From an uncultured Ignavibacterium sp. (GTDB lineage: Bacteria; Bacteroidota; Ignavibacteria; Ch128b): DNA of 64,000 nt. A model generated the notes under the pieces. The model saw only the letters and a list, made by a program, of their open reading frames with translations. It was not told the origin of the DNA and searched no databases. The DNA lies in the NCBI GenBank assembly GCA_964454895.1, contig CAYVTW010000007.1, positions 12,338 to 76,337 of the forward strand, in the 5' to 3' direction. The position numbers were made by a program, and so were the translations under genes. Shown in pieces: positions 38,627 to 49,025 of this stretch. Position 1 is the first letter of the stretch; each line of letters starts with the position of its first letter.

Positions 38627-39789
38627 ATAATCTCTCCATAAAAACTTTCTCCTGAGAGATAATTTTCAACACCATAAAAATCACAAACTGTTTTTGCCAG
38701 ATCAGCAAAAGTATTCCTCAATCCTAAATTGATATTTTGTTTCAATTTTTTTCCATACACTAAAATTGGTACGAGTTCTCTTGTGTGATCAGTACCTGGA
38801 AAAGTTGGATCATTGCCATGGTCTGCCGTGATAAAAAGAACGTCATTATTAGATAATGATTGAATTATATCTGGTAAGTAATTGTCAAATTCTTTGAGAG
38901 CATTATAAAAACCTTCAACATCGTTACGATGACCGTAAAGCATATCGAAGTCGACAAGATTCGTCATGATATATGCCGATTTTTCCATTTTGGTATTTTC
39001 AATTGTTTGAATAATTCCTTCTAAATTATTCTTCGTTTTAATCTGGATATCAATATTTCTGTAGGCAAATAAATCATTTATCTTTCCGATACCAATTGTC
39101 TTAATATTGTTTTTCTTTAGAACATCAAAAATTATTTCACCATCTGGCTCTAGTGCAAAATCTTTTCTTCGATGCGTACGGATAAAATTACCGTTCGAAC
39201 CGATGAATGGCCGGGCTATGATTCTACCAACTGCATGTTCACCAATCATTACTTTTTCGCGGGTAACTTTACATATTTCATACAGACGATCTATTGGGAT
39301 TACTTCTTCGTGAGCTGCTATTTGAAAGACAGAATCTGCACTTGTATAAACAATAGGGAAACCTGTTCTAATATGTTCTTCACCAAGCTCTTGTATTATC
39401 TCGGTTCCAGACGCGGCTTTATTTCCAAGAATTCCTTTAAGATTATTCTCTTTCAAAAATTTCTGAATTATTTCATTAGGGAATCCGTTCGGATAAACTG
39501 GAAATTGTTTTTGCGAAATATATCCTCCTAATTCCCAGTGGCCAGTAGTACTATCTTTTCCTTTCGAAATTTCTTTCATCTTCCCAAAACAACCAATAAT
39601 TTCAGGATTCTTTGAGTTTAATTCTACTAGTTTTCCTAAGCCGAGTCTTTCGAGATTAGGTAATTCTATTCCACCAAGAGCTTTAGAAATGTTACCAAGT
39701 GTATTTGAGCCTGTATCATTATAGAGTTCTGCATCTGGAGCATTCCCAATTCCTACACCATCTAAAACTATAACTATTGCTTTACTCAT
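38623..39789 (-). CDS. deoB: Phosphopentomutase
   Basis: 388 aa. The N-terminus MSKAIVIVLDGVGIG and the metal-binding blocks match DeoB. Confidence 0.9.
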   Translation of the reverse strand: MSKAIVIVLDGVGIGNAPDAELYNDTGSNTLGNISKALGGIELPNLERLGLGKLVELNSKNPEIIGCFGKMKEISKGKDSTTGHWELGGYISQKQFPVYPNGFPNEIIQKFLKENNLKGILGNKAASGTEIIQELGEEHIRTGFPIVYTSADSVFQIAAHEEVIPIDRLYEICKVTREKVMIGEHAVGRIIARPFIGSNGNFIRTHRRKDFALEPDGEIIFDVLKKNNIKTIGIGKINDLFAYRNIDIQIKTKNNLEGIIQTIENTKMEKSAYIMTNLVDFDMLYGHRNDVEGFYNALKEFDNYLPDIIQSLSNNDVLFITADHGNDPTFPGTDHTRELVPILVYGKKLKQNINLGLRNTFADLAKTVCDFYGVENYLSGESFYGEII

Positions 39790-39800
39790 ACAACTATCCT

Positions 39801-41630
39801 CTATTTAGATGTTCTAATTTTATCACCACCACTTGCTATAGCTTTGCTCAGAGCTGCCTCAGCTGAGTTAAAGAGAGTTTCTGCTTTAATTATTTTGACA
39901 CCTCCTGAATAACCTATACTTACAGTAATACCTATTTCATTATCATCATATCTTATAAAGTCCCCAGAAATCTTCTGTAAAATCTTTTGACACCAAATAT
40001 AATCACTAGCACTATCTCGATTCAGAAACAATACACCGAACTTTAAATTTTCGAGTCTTCCCAGTAGCATCAATTCCTCTGCTTCTTTGGTAAGAAGTAG
40101 CGATATATGTTTTGCAATTTTTGGAATTATTTTATGAGTATATTTTCTGACTAACTTATCGACTTTATCGACAGATATCAATGCTAAACCAATATGCATC
40201 ACTGTTGTTTTAAATTTTGTTAACTCTTCTTGAACTCTATTCTCAAATGTCTGACGATTTAATAGCATTGTTTCAAGATCTATGCTTAAATAATTCTCAA
40301 GCAAAGTTTTATTGAAAAGATAATCTAGCTGAGATGCAAAATAACTTGATATTTTTTCTATAAGTCTAACATCTTCATCTGAGTAAATTTTTTTCTTTAG
40401 GCTTTCAAGAACCAATGCACCATATATCTGACCATTTGATGTTATTGGTACAATTATTAAAGATCCTTTGATATTAGATTGCAGATTTTTTCTAAATAAG
40501 AAATATTTATCAATACCTGAATCATCAATTCGTATACTTTTATTTTTTTCGAAGGAATAACCTATTAGAGTATCTGGGCTAATATCTACAGATAGGTTTT
40601 CGCCCATATAATCAACAGAGGTTCTATTGACCAATTTCTTTAGTATATAACTTTTTGCAGCATTATCATATAGAACAACACCGAGTACATCCCATGGTAG
40701 TAATTTATCAAGTACGACTATTATTTTTTGAATTAATTTTTTTTCATCAAATTCTTGAGAAGAATTTCCAATCAATTCAATTATTGCATCAAATTTTTGA
40801 TTGGACATTTCAATATTAAACTTCTCATCGTAAATACTAAGAACTAAAGTTATCATTCTTACAAATTTTCCAAGTATAAATATTGTTTCTGGTCCAAAAG
40901 CATCTTCACTTTTACTATCAATTGCTAATACACCAATAATTTTATCATTCAAGTAAACAGGTACAGCAGCTATAGATTTTATTCCAATGGGTGTTGGATA
41001 ATATTTAATTAGATCAGTTTCTATATTCGAATTAATGTTACAAGTATAGATTGGATTTCCACTTCGTATAACTCTACTTATTAAATCTGAACCAATCTTG
41101 TATTTAATTTTTTGAAGATCGTCCACTGCTGATGAGAAGTTGTGGAATATTATTTGTCCCTTATCACTTCGATACCAGAAAAAAATCGCTGAGTGAGCAA
41201 GAAATACCTGTTTGATTACATCTAATGTTTTTTCTAGGATAAAATTAAATTGAACTTCAACACTAGCGCTACCCGGTATAGGTTCAAGAGCAATCCTTCG
41301 ATATTCTGCATTTAAATCTTGTGGTATTAACTTAGAGATTTTTTTGTTTACAATACTTTCCTGTAAATCTATATCCGTTAAAATCTTATCCGTCGGTTCT
41401 TCGGATAATTCAAATTTTTCATCTGTAGTATTTTCACTTTCATCATCTATTGTTACAGAACTTATCTTGTTACTTCCTCCATTTCGAAAAAATATGACAA
41501 AACTGATTAGTATCAAAATTAATGCACTTAAGATAATTTTAATTAACTGTGAATCTATCAGAAATATCCCAACTAGAGGAAGTAGAATTGATAAAAAGAT
41601 TAGAGCTCTTTTGAGATTTACTTTTATCAA
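39801..41630 (-). CDS. Membrane-anchored GAF-domain sensor with a degenerate GGDEF-like C-terminal domain
   Basis: Two N-terminal transmembrane helices and central GAF-like regions. The C-terminus aligns to GGDEF, but the signature reads ENLKF in place of GG(D/E)EF. Confidence 0.7.
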   Translation of the reverse strand: MIKVNLKRALIFLSILLPLVGIFLIDSQLIKIILSALILILISFVIFFRNGGSNKISSVTIDDESENTTDEKFELSEEPTDKILTDIDLQESIVNKKISKLIPQDLNAEYRRIALEPIPGSASVEVQFNFILEKTLDVIKQVFLAHSAIFFWYRSDKGQIIFHNFSSAVDDLQKIKYKIGSDLISRVIRSGNPIYTCNINSNIETDLIKYYPTPIGIKSIAAVPVYLNDKIIGVLAIDSKSEDAFGPETIFILGKFVRMITLVLSIYDEKFNIEMSNQKFDAIIELIGNSSQEFDEKKLIQKIIVVLDKLLPWDVLGVVLYDNAAKSYILKKLVNRTSVDYMGENLSVDISPDTLIGYSFEKNKSIRIDDSGIDKYFLFRKNLQSNIKGSLIIVPITSNGQIYGALVLESLKKKIYSDEDVRLIEKISSYFASQLDYLFNKTLLENYLSIDLETMLLNRQTFENRVQEELTKFKTTVMHIGLALISVDKVDKLVRKYTHKIIPKIAKHISLLLTKEAEELMLLGRLENLKFGVLFLNRDSASDYIWCQKILQKISGDFIRYDDNEIGITVSIGYSGGVKIIKAETLFNSAEAALSKAIASGGDKIRTSK

Positions 41631-42235
41631 ATTGCGCTCTCTCTACTTTCGGAAATTTTTCTCATCACGTAAGATTGAAATTCTCTTTTACCTTCACCTG
41701 ATTTTGCTGAAAAGAAGAAAAAATCTAAACTTAAACCACTTGTTAAATTCCTTACCAATTTATTCAATTTAGTTCTTTCTGATTGGTTTAATTTATCAAC
41801 TTTAGTAAACAAAATGCAATATGGGAAATTTAAGTTTATAACATAATCTCTCGCAATCTCATCTAGCTTAGTAAAAGGGATCCTTGCATCCATAAGATGA
41901 CACACAAGAAAAATTTTAGGACTTAGAGCAAAATAATCTTGTATCAATTTTGAAAATCTGAAACTATCCTCTTTACTAGTTGATGAATATCCAAAGCCTG
42001 GTAGATCAACTAAATAAAATTTTTCATCTACTACATAGAAATTGATTGATCGAGTTTTTCCAGGAGTTTGACTGACCTTAGCAAAATTTTTTTTGTTTAA
42101 AAGTGCATTAATCAATGAGGATTTCCCGACATTAGAGCGACCCATGAATACAATTTCGGGTAAATTTTGGGTTTTCAACTGTTCCAATGTGTAAACCGTC
42201 CGTTCTAAACGCACATTTTCAAAATTTATTCTCAT
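41627..42235 (-). CDS. engB: Ribosome biogenesis GTPase EngB (YsxC/YihA)
   Basis: GRSNVGKSSLINALL G1 motif. 202 aa. Confidence 0.85.
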   Translation of the reverse strand: MRINFENVRLERTVYTLEQLKTQNLPEIVFMGRSNVGKSSLINALLNKKNFAKVSQTPGKTRSINFYVVDEKFYLVDLPGFGYSSTSKEDSFRFSKLIQDYFALSPKIFLVCHLMDARIPFTKLDEIARDYVINLNFPYCILFTKVDKLNQSERTKLNKLVRNLTSGLSLDFFFFSAKSGEGKREFQSYVMRKISESRESAI

Positions 42236-42279
42236 AAATTACTATTGCTTTTATGTACACAAGGACATTACAAATAGAA

Positions 42280-42316
42280 ACAAAAAAAGGAGTAGTTAGA
42301 ATATTCCAACTACTCC
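42280..42316 (-). terminator. Rho-independent terminator downstream of rplQ (end of the ribosomal super-operon)
   Basis: 9-bp stem ggagtagtt/aactactcc (42289-42297 / 42308-42316). An A-run at 42282-42288 on plus gives the U-tract on minus. Confidence 0.6.
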
Positions 42317-42338
42317 TAAAATAGTAAAATGAAAAGTC

Positions 42339-42923
42339 TTATCTATCTTGTTTATTATTTTCAGAAGTTGATTCAGCTTGATCTGTCTTAGAACTTTTTG
42401 AAGCATCAACATTTTCTTCTGACTTTACATCGTCTTTTGCTTCTTCAGTAGTTTCTTTTTGTTCAAGAGTTTGTTCAGTTGTCTTTGTCTTCGTTTCTTG
42501 AGAAGTCTTTTCAGTTGTGACTATATCTGATTTTTCTTTTTTCTTTGTTGCTTTAACCTCACCCTCATTATAATCAACAAGTTCTAAAATCGCCAGATCA
42601 GCACCATCACCTCTTCTTGATCCGATTTTTACAACACGGGTATATCCACCCGGTCTCTCTCCAACTTTAACAACAATTTCATTAAATAATTCTTTTAAAA
42701 TTTCACGGTCTTTAATAAATCTGGCAATATATCTTCTGGCTGGTATATCACCTTTGCGAGCTTTTGTTATTAAATGTTCGACGAAAGAGCGAGCTTCTTT
42801 AGCTTTTGCAACAGTAGTTTTAATTTTTTTATGTCTAAACAAAGCAGTTGCAAGATTAACTAGTAAAGCTTTTTTATGACTTGAGGTTCTCTTTAGTTTT
42901 CTACCTTTTACTGCATGTCTCAT
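42339..42923 (-). CDS. rplQ: 50S ribosomal protein L17 with a roughly 75-aa low-complexity K/T/E-rich C-terminal extension
   Basis: N-terminus MRHAVKGRKLKRTSSHKKALL. 194 aa total. Confidence 0.9.
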   Translation of the reverse strand: MRHAVKGRKLKRTSSHKKALLVNLATALFRHKKIKTTVAKAKEARSFVEHLITKARKGDIPARRYIARFIKDREILKELFNEIVVKVGERPGGYTRVVKIGSRRGDGADLAILELVDYNEGEVKATKKKEKSDIVTTEKTSQETKTKTTEQTLEQKETTEEAKDDVKSEENVDASKSSKTDQAESTSENNKQDR

Positions 42924-42943
42924 TTTTCAATTCCCAGTTTTTA

Positions 42944-43924
42944 CTACTCATTTTCAAAATATTTGTCTACATCCATTCCGAATTGAAGACCTAATTCATG
43001 GATTTTTTCTTTTATTTCATCCAATGATTTTCGGCCAAAGTTTCTAAATCGTAATAATTCACTTTCTTCTCTTCGGACAAGATCAGCAACTGTAATGATA
43101 TTTGCTCCTCTTAATGAGTTAGTTGCGCGAACAGATAGTTCGAGCTCTTCAATTGATCTCTTAAGTATTTTACGAATTCTTTCTTTTTCAGGGTCTTTTT
43201 GTTTTTCAACGGCAGCTTTATCCTCAAACCTATATGCCGTGAAGAACTCGAAATGTTCTTTCAAGATATTTGCCGCAGTCTTTAGGCTCTCTTCAGGCGT
43301 AATAGAACCATCTGTAGTAATTTCAATTGTCAATCTCTCAAGATTATCTCTGTTTTCCCAACGAATAGTTTCAACAAGATAATTCACATTTTTGATTGGA
43401 GTATAGATACTATCAATAGGAATTACACCAATCGAAAATTCAGGATTTTTATTTTCTTCAGCAGGAACATAACCAATTCCATGACCTATCCACAATTCCA
43501 TACTAAAATTAGCTGTTTTACCCAGTGAAGCTATATAAACATCGGGATTTAGTACTTGAATATCTGGTGCTTGTTTTTGTATTTCTGCAGCAGTAAAATC
43601 GCCGGGTCCTTTTAGTTTTATAGAAATCTTACTTATGCGATCATTTAACAATTTAATTCTTACTTGCTTTAGATTTAATATTATTTCTGTAACATCTTCT
43701 TTTACGCCTTCAATTGTGCTATACTCATGAAGAATATTATCTATCTTGATTGCTTTAAAAGCAAATCCTGGAATAGATGAAATTAAAACTCGACGAAGAG
43801 CATTTCCTACTGTAGTTCCATAACCTCGTTCAAGCGGTTGAATTACAAACTTTCCATAACTTGAAGAATGCGAGGTTTGATCTAAATTAATTTTTTGTGG
43901 CAATTGCAATAGTGATAAACTCAT
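42944..43924 (-). CDS. rpoA: DNA-directed RNA polymerase alpha subunit
   Basis: 326 aa with conserved N-terminal and C-terminal alpha-subunit domains. Confidence 0.95.
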   Translation of the reverse strand: MSLSLLQLPQKINLDQTSHSSSYGKFVIQPLERGYGTTVGNALRRVLISSIPGFAFKAIKIDNILHEYSTIEGVKEDVTEIILNLKQVRIKLLNDRISKISIKLKGPGDFTAAEIQKQAPDIQVLNPDVYIASLGKTANFSMELWIGHGIGYVPAEENKNPEFSIGVIPIDSIYTPIKNVNYLVETIRWENRDNLERLTIEITTDGSITPEESLKTAANILKEHFEFFTAYRFEDKAAVEKQKDPEKERIRKILKRSIEELELSVRATNSLRGANIITVADLVRREESELLRFRNFGRKSLDEIKEKIHELGLQFGMDVDKYFENE

Positions 43925-43950
43925 CTCTCAACCTTTCCTAAGGTTATTGT

Positions 43951-44577
43951 TTATTTAGAATATAATTCAACGATTAACTGTTCATTTGCATTTAATGGTA
44001 TATCGGTTCTTTCAGGGACATGTAAAAATGTCCCAGAAAGAGTTGCTTTATCAATCTGTAACCAGGGATAAGTACCTTCTTTCACTCTTTTGAGAGAGTT
44101 ATGTATAATATCCAGAGTTTTACTCTTTTCTTTAATAGATACAACTTGACCTGGCTTAATTAGGTATGATGGAATATCAACAATTTTACCATCGACTAAA
44201 ATATGTCTATGACGAACTAATTGTCTAGCCGCTTTTCGTGATGGGGCAAAACCGAGACGATAAACAACGTTATCAAGCCTTCTTTCTAAAAGCTTAATTA
44301 AGTTTTCACCAGTTCTACCTTTTTGTTTAAGAGCTCTTTCGAAGTAATTCTTAAACTGTCTTTCGAGAAGACCATATATTCTTTTAACTTTTTGTTTTTC
44401 TCTTAACTGAATACCATACTCGCTTATTTTAGTCCTTCGAGAAGTTCCGTGTTGCCCTGGAGGATAATTCTTCTTCTCAAGAGGACACTTTTCAGTATAA
44501 CATTTAGTTCCTTTTAAGAACAGTTTCTGTCTTTCTCTTCTACATAATTTACAAACAGCGTCGTGATAAACTGCCAT
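43951..44577 (-). CDS. rpsD: 30S ribosomal protein S4
   Basis: 208 aa with zinc knuckle CKLCRRE..CYTEKC. Confidence 0.95.
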   Translation of the reverse strand: MAVYHDAVCKLCRRERQKLFLKGTKCYTEKCPLEKKNYPPGQHGTSRRTKISEYGIQLREKQKVKRIYGLLERQFKNYFERALKQKGRTGENLIKLLERRLDNVVYRLGFAPSRKAARQLVRHRHILVDGKIVDIPSYLIKPGQVVSIKEKSKTLDIIHNSLKRVKEGTYPWLQIDKATLSGTFLHVPERTDIPLNANEQLIVELYSK

Positions 44578-44595
44578 TTAATTTTTCTCCAATAA

Positions 44596-44982
44596 TTAAA
44601 CTCTTCTTCTTTTTGGTGGTCTACAACCGTTATGTGGAATAGGTGTTATGTCCTTGATTGATTCAATATGAAGCCCAACATTAGCAAGTGCACGAATTGC
44701 AGCTTCTCGTCCTGCGCCTGGGCCTTTAATCAGAACATCAACTTTTCTTACACCAACATCATAAGCTTCTTTTGCAGCAGCTTCAGCAGTGACTTGTGCT
44801 GCGAAAGGAGTGTTTTTTCGTGAACCACGAAAACCATTTTTCCCTGCAGATGACCAAGCTATAGTATTACCGTAGATATCTGTAATAGTAACAATAATAT
44901 TATTAAACGTTGCTTGAATATGAGCAACACCTTTTGGATCTATATGAATTTTCTTTTTCGATTTTTTCTGTGTCTTTGCCAA
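44596..44982 (-). CDS. rpsK: 30S ribosomal protein S11
   Basis: 128 aa matching the S11 family. Confidence 0.95.
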   Translation of the reverse strand: MAKTQKKSKKKIHIDPKGVAHIQATFNNIIVTITDIYGNTIAWSSAGKNGFRGSRKNTPFAAQVTAEAAAKEAYDVGVRKVDVLIKGPGAGREAAIRALANVGLHIESIKDITPIPHNGCRPPKRRRV

Positions 44983-45000
44983 TTTTCAATCTCCTCTAAA

Positions 45001-45384
45001 TTACTTCTTAGCTACTGCTTTCTTCTTACCAGCAACAGTTTTTCTCTTACCTTTTCTTGTTCTTGCATTGGTTCTTGTCCGTTGACCACGAACTGGTAAA
45101 CCTTTCCTATGTCTTAGACCTCTGTATGTACCAATATCCATTAAACGCTTAATATTCATCTGTACTTCACTTCGTAAAGCACCTTCGACTTTATAGTCTG
45201 ATGTAATAACTGCTCTAATAGCGGCGACTTCATCAGGAGTTAAATCACTAACCTTTTTATTAGGATCAACATTTGCAGCTTTAAGAATTTCAAAAGTATT
45301 TGAACGACCAATGCCGTAAATCAATGGTAGCGCATAAGCTATTTTTTTGTTTTTTGGTAAATCTATTCCTGCTATTCGTGCCAA
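45001..45384 (-). CDS. rpsM: 30S ribosomal protein S13
   Basis: N-terminus [10 protein letters not shown]. 127 aa. Confidence 0.95.
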   Translation of the reverse strand: MARIAGIDLPKNKKIAYALPLIYGIGRSNTFEILKAANVDPNKKVSDLTPDEVAAIRAVITSDYKVEGALRSEVQMNIKRLMDIGTYRGLRHRKGLPVRGQRTRTNARTRKGKRKTVAGKKKAVAKK

Positions 45385-45400
45385 TTTTTTAACTCCTTAT

Positions 45401-45514
45401 TTATCCTTGTCTTTGCTTATGTTTTGGATTCTTACAAATCACTCTAACCTGACCTTTTCTTTTTATGATTTTACAATGCTCACATCTTTTTTTTACAGAA
45501 GCTCTGACTTTCAT
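45401..45514 (-). CDS. rpmJ: 50S ribosomal protein L36 (37 aa; too short for the ORF track)
   Basis: Reverse complement reads [37 protein letters not shown] with the CxxC..C..H zinc ribbon. It sits between infA and rpsM, the expected position. Confidence 0.8.
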   Translation of the reverse strand: MKVRASVKKRCEHCKIIKRKGQVRVICKNPKHKQRQG

Positions 45515-45526
45515 AAAAACTCCAAA

Positions 45527-45745
45527 TTACTTATATCTATATATTATTCTACCTTTTGTTAAATCGTAAGGTGATATTTCAACCTGAACTTTATCACCAA
45601 CCAGAATTCTAATAAAATGCATTCTCATTTTACCAGAGACATGAGCAAGAATTTCATGACCATTATCAAGTTTCACTCTAAACATTGCATTTGGCAATGT
45701 TTCAGTTATTACTCCATCCATAACAATAACATCTTTTTTCGCCAT
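45527..45745 (-). CDS. infA: Translation initiation factor IF-1
   Basis: 72 aa with an S1-like fold. Confidence 0.95.
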   Translation of the reverse strand: MAKKDVIVMDGVITETLPNAMFRVKLDNGHEILAHVSGKMRMHFIRILVGDKVQVEISPYDLTKGRIIYRYK

Positions 45746-46506
45746 TATGCTGTAAGTATTTCTGGTTCGTTTTTGGTAATTAAAACAGTATGTTCAAAAT
45801 GGGCAGACGGTTGACCATCCTCCGTAACTATAGTCCAACCATCCTTTAAAGTTTTTATCCTAAAAGTACCTGCATTAACCATTGGCTCAATTGCTATGGT
45901 CATTCCATCTCTTAATTTAGGACTTGGTCCTGCGACAACATAATTTGGAATAGAAGGATCTTCATGCAGATACCTCCCAACACCATGTCCCGTTAACTCT
46001 CTCACAACACTAAATCCACTATTCTCAACATAAGATTGAATTGCTCGTGATATATCAACAACGCGATTTCCGTTTCTTGCTTTATTAATTCCTTTATATA
46101 AAGATTCTTCAGTAACTTTCAAAAGTTTTTTCTTTAATTCAGATACTTTGCCAACCACAAAAGTTTTTGCAGCATCACCAAAATAACTTTTGTATTGAAC
46201 ACCAACATCTATAGATATAATTTGGCCTTCCTTTAACTCTTTATCGTTAGGAATACCATGTACTACTTCGTTGTCAATAGATGTACATATTGAAGATGGA
46301 AAGTTAAAACTACCAGCTTGTGAATAACCTTTAAAAGCTGGAATTCCACCTTTTTCTCTAATATAATTTTCAGCTACTTCGTCAAGCATTTTTGTTGTTA
46401 TTCCAGGTTTAATCATCTCACCTAATATTCTTAAAACTTCTGCAACTATTTGACAACTTTTTCTAATACCATCAATCTCTTGAGCATTTTTGATATAAAT
46501 CATCAA
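45745..46506 (-). CDS. map: Methionine aminopeptidase (type I)
   Basis: 253 aa with metal ligands (D..D..H..E..E) in conserved blocks. Confidence 0.9.
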   Translation of the reverse strand: MMIYIKNAQEIDGIRKSCQIVAEVLRILGEMIKPGITTKMLDEVAENYIREKGGIPAFKGYSQAGSFNFPSSICTSIDNEVVHGIPNDKELKEGQIISIDVGVQYKSYFGDAAKTFVVGKVSELKKKLLKVTEESLYKGINKARNGNRVVDISRAIQSYVENSGFSVVRELTGHGVGRYLHEDPSIPNYVVAGPSPKLRDGMTIAIEPMVNAGTFRIKTLKDGWTIVTEDGQPSAHFEHTVLITKNEPEILTA

Positions 46507-46508
46507 AA

Positions 46509-47843
46509 TTATCTACGTCCTTTAATCCTACCCGATTTCAAAAATCCATCATAATGTCTCATCTTCAAATGAGTCTCAATCTGTTGTAAGGTATCCAAAG
46601 CTACACCAACCATAATTAATAGACTGGTGCCACCAAAAAATTGAGCGAAACTCTGTGAAACACCAAACCTTGAAATAAAGGCTGGTAATATTGCAATAAT
46701 TGCAAGGAAAACTGAACCGGGCAATGTAATTCTTGTCAATATGTTATCAATGTATTCAGCAGTTTGAGTTCCTGGTCTAATACCCGGAATAAAACCACCT
46801 TGTTTTTTCATTGTTTCGGCAACATCTTTCGGGTTGAAAGCAATAGCAGTATAAAAGTAAGTAAAGAACACAATTAATAATGCATAAAAGAATGAATAAA
46901 CAAAAGAATCATAATTAAAATGACTAGCTATTGAAGCCATTAATTCACTTTCAGGGAAAAATGTTAAAACTGTATTGGGAATAAACATAATTGATTGAGC
47001 AAAAATTATTGGCATTACTCCAGCGGTATTCACTCTAAGAGGAATAAACTGAGTAACACCACCAACTACTTTTCTACCAACAACTCTCTTTGCATATTGA
47101 ACTGGAATTCTTCGTTCTGCACGAGTCATCAATACAACAGCAGCAATTATAAAAACCATAATAGTAAGGAAAATCAATTCAACAATTAAATTTGTTTGAC
47201 CAGCAGCGAGTAGTCTATATTCATCTAAGAGAGCGTATGGTAATCTATCAACTATTCCAATGAAGATAATTAGTGAAATACCATTACCAATTCCTCTTTC
47301 TGTAATTTGCTCGCCCATCCACATTAAGAAAATTGTACTAGCTGTCAAGATGATAATAGTGGAAAATGCAAATAAAGCGCCTTGAACTTCTTGAGGAACG
47401 ATTGGAACTCCACCAGCATTCATATATGTCAGTCTTACACTTACTCCCCATGCTTGAACTGAAGCTACTAGTACTGTTCCGTATCGTGTAATTTGATTAA
47501 TCTTTTTCCTACCTTCTTCGCCTTCTTTTTGCAGTTTCTGGAAGTAAGGTACAACAGCACTTAACAACTGAATAATAATAGATGAGCTTATATAAGGCAT
47601 AATTCCAAGAGCGAAAATTGCTGCATTAGAGAATGCCCCACCAACAAACAAATCATATAATCCAAATAAATTATCCTGAGTTGCATTTCTCGTAGCTTCA
47701 GCGAGAACATGAGCATCTACTCCCGGAAGAGTAATGTGAGCTCCAATTCTTACAATAATTAATAGCCCAAGAGTAAAAAGCACTCTTTCTCTTAGTTCTT
47801 CAATTTTAAAGATATTTCTGAAACTTTCAGCAAATGTTGCCAT
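46509..47843 (-). CDS. secY: Preprotein translocase SecY
   Basis: 444 aa, 10 transmembrane segments, conserved SecY N-terminus. Confidence 0.95.
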   Translation of the reverse strand: MATFAESFRNIFKIEELRERVLFTLGLLIIVRIGAHITLPGVDAHVLAEATRNATQDNLFGLYDLFVGGAFSNAAIFALGIMPYISSSIIIQLLSAVVPYFQKLQKEGEEGRKKINQITRYGTVLVASVQAWGVSVRLTYMNAGGVPIVPQEVQGALFAFSTIIILTASTIFLMWMGEQITERGIGNGISLIIFIGIVDRLPYALLDEYRLLAAGQTNLIVELIFLTIMVFIIAAVVLMTRAERRIPVQYAKRVVGRKVVGGVTQFIPLRVNTAGVMPIIFAQSIMFIPNTVLTFFPESELMASIASHFNYDSFVYSFFYALLIVFFTYFYTAIAFNPKDVAETMKKQGGFIPGIRPGTQTAEYIDNILTRITLPGSVFLAIIAILPAFISRFGVSQSFAQFFGGTSLLIMVGVALDTLQQIETHLKMRHYDGFLKSGRIKGRR

Positions 47844-48307
47844 CAGAATTTCACTATTTTAATTGTTCCACCTGCAGCTTCGATTTTTTGACGAGCTGTT
47901 TGACTAATTGCGTGAGTGGTGATATCTAATTTAAGTTTAACATCACCTTCACCCAATATTTTGATAGGCTTGTTTTTACTACCAACCACTTTCCTTGAAT
48001 AGAGCAACTCTGGAGTAATCGGTTGCTCCGACAAATTATTCACTTTAACGAACTCAATTAACTTATCTAAATTGAGAGGTTGGTATTCAATTTTGAAGGG
48101 ACTCTTAAAACCTCTTTTCGGAATTCTACGAGAAAGTGGCATTTGACCACCCTCGAACCAAGGTCGATATTTATCACCGGAGCGAGATTTTTGACCATTC
48201 ATACCACGAGTTGAGGTTCCACCATGACCAGAACCAGGTCCCCTACCAACTCTTTTTTCCTTTTTTACAGAACCCTTTGCTGGTTTTAAATTGCTTAAAA
48301 TATCCAT
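47843..48307 (-). CDS. rplO: 50S ribosomal protein L15
   Basis: GRGPGSGHGGTSTRG block. The start is probably the internal MDILSNLKP, which avoids overlap with rpmD. Confidence 0.9.
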   Translation of the reverse strand: MDILSNLKPAKGSVKKEKRVGRGPGSGHGGTSTRGMNGQKSRSGDKYRPWFEGGQMPLSRRIPKRGFKSPFKIEYQPLNLDKLIEFVKVNNLSEQPITPELLYSRKVVGSKNKPIKILGEGDVKLKLDITTHAISQTARQKIEAAGGTIKIVKF

Positions 48308-48308
48308 A

Positions 48309-48497
48309 TTACACTTCATTAATTTCTTCAACTTTTACTAAATGGCTTACTTTACGAATCATGCCTCTGATTTGAGGTGTATCATTGTGTATAACAAAAT
48401 AATTTGGTCTTCCTAGACCAAGAGCTTCAATAGTCCTCTTTTGTCTTTCCGGTCTATCAATAATTGACCTAATCTGTGTAATTTTTAGTTTTTTCAT
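48309..48497 (-). CDS. rpmD: 50S ribosomal protein L30
   Basis: 62 aa. N-terminus [11 protein letters not shown]. Confidence 0.8.
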   Translation of the reverse strand: MKKLKITQIRSIIDRPERQKRTIEALGLGRPNYFVIHNDTPQIRGMIRKVSHLVKVEEINEV

Positions 48498-49003
48498 GAT
48501 TGACCAAACAATTCTTTTTTTGAAATTCCTCTTTTCATAGCAATGCTGTTAGCATCAAGTAAACTAGTAAGTGCTTTTAATGTAGCTTTAACAGAGTTAT
48601 GTGGATTGGATGAACCAAGAGACTTAGTCAAAACATCTGAAATACCTGCTGCTTCTAAAACCGCACGCACACCGCCACCAGCAATTAAACCCGTACCTGG
48701 TGAAGCAGGTTTTAGAAGAACCTTAGCGGCACCATACTTTCCAATAATCTCATGTGGAATGGTTCCTTTAACAATCGGAACTCTAACTAAATTTTTCTTA
48801 GCATCTTCAGTTCCTTTCCTAATTGCATCAGTTACTTCGTTGGCTTTACCAAGACCAATACCAACATGACCATTTCGATCACCAACAACAACAATCGCAT
48901 TGAAACTGAATCTGCGTCCACCTTTAACTACTTTTGCTACACGATTTATGTGTACAACTTTTTCCTTTAAATCTTCAATGTTTTGTGGTTTAACAGTTTT
49001 CAA
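48494..49003 (-). CDS. rpsE: 30S ribosomal protein S5
   Basis: 169 aa matching the S5 family. Confidence 0.95.
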   Translation of the reverse strand: MKTVKPQNIEDLKEKVVHINRVAKVVKGGRRFSFNAIVVVGDRNGHVGIGLGKANEVTDAIRKGTEDAKKNLVRVPIVKGTIPHEIIGKYGAAKVLLKPASPGTGLIAGGGVRAVLEAAGISDVLTKSLGSSNPHNSVKATLKALTSLLDANSIAMKRGISKKELFGQS

Positions 49004-49025
49004 ATTACATCACTCCATTATTTTG

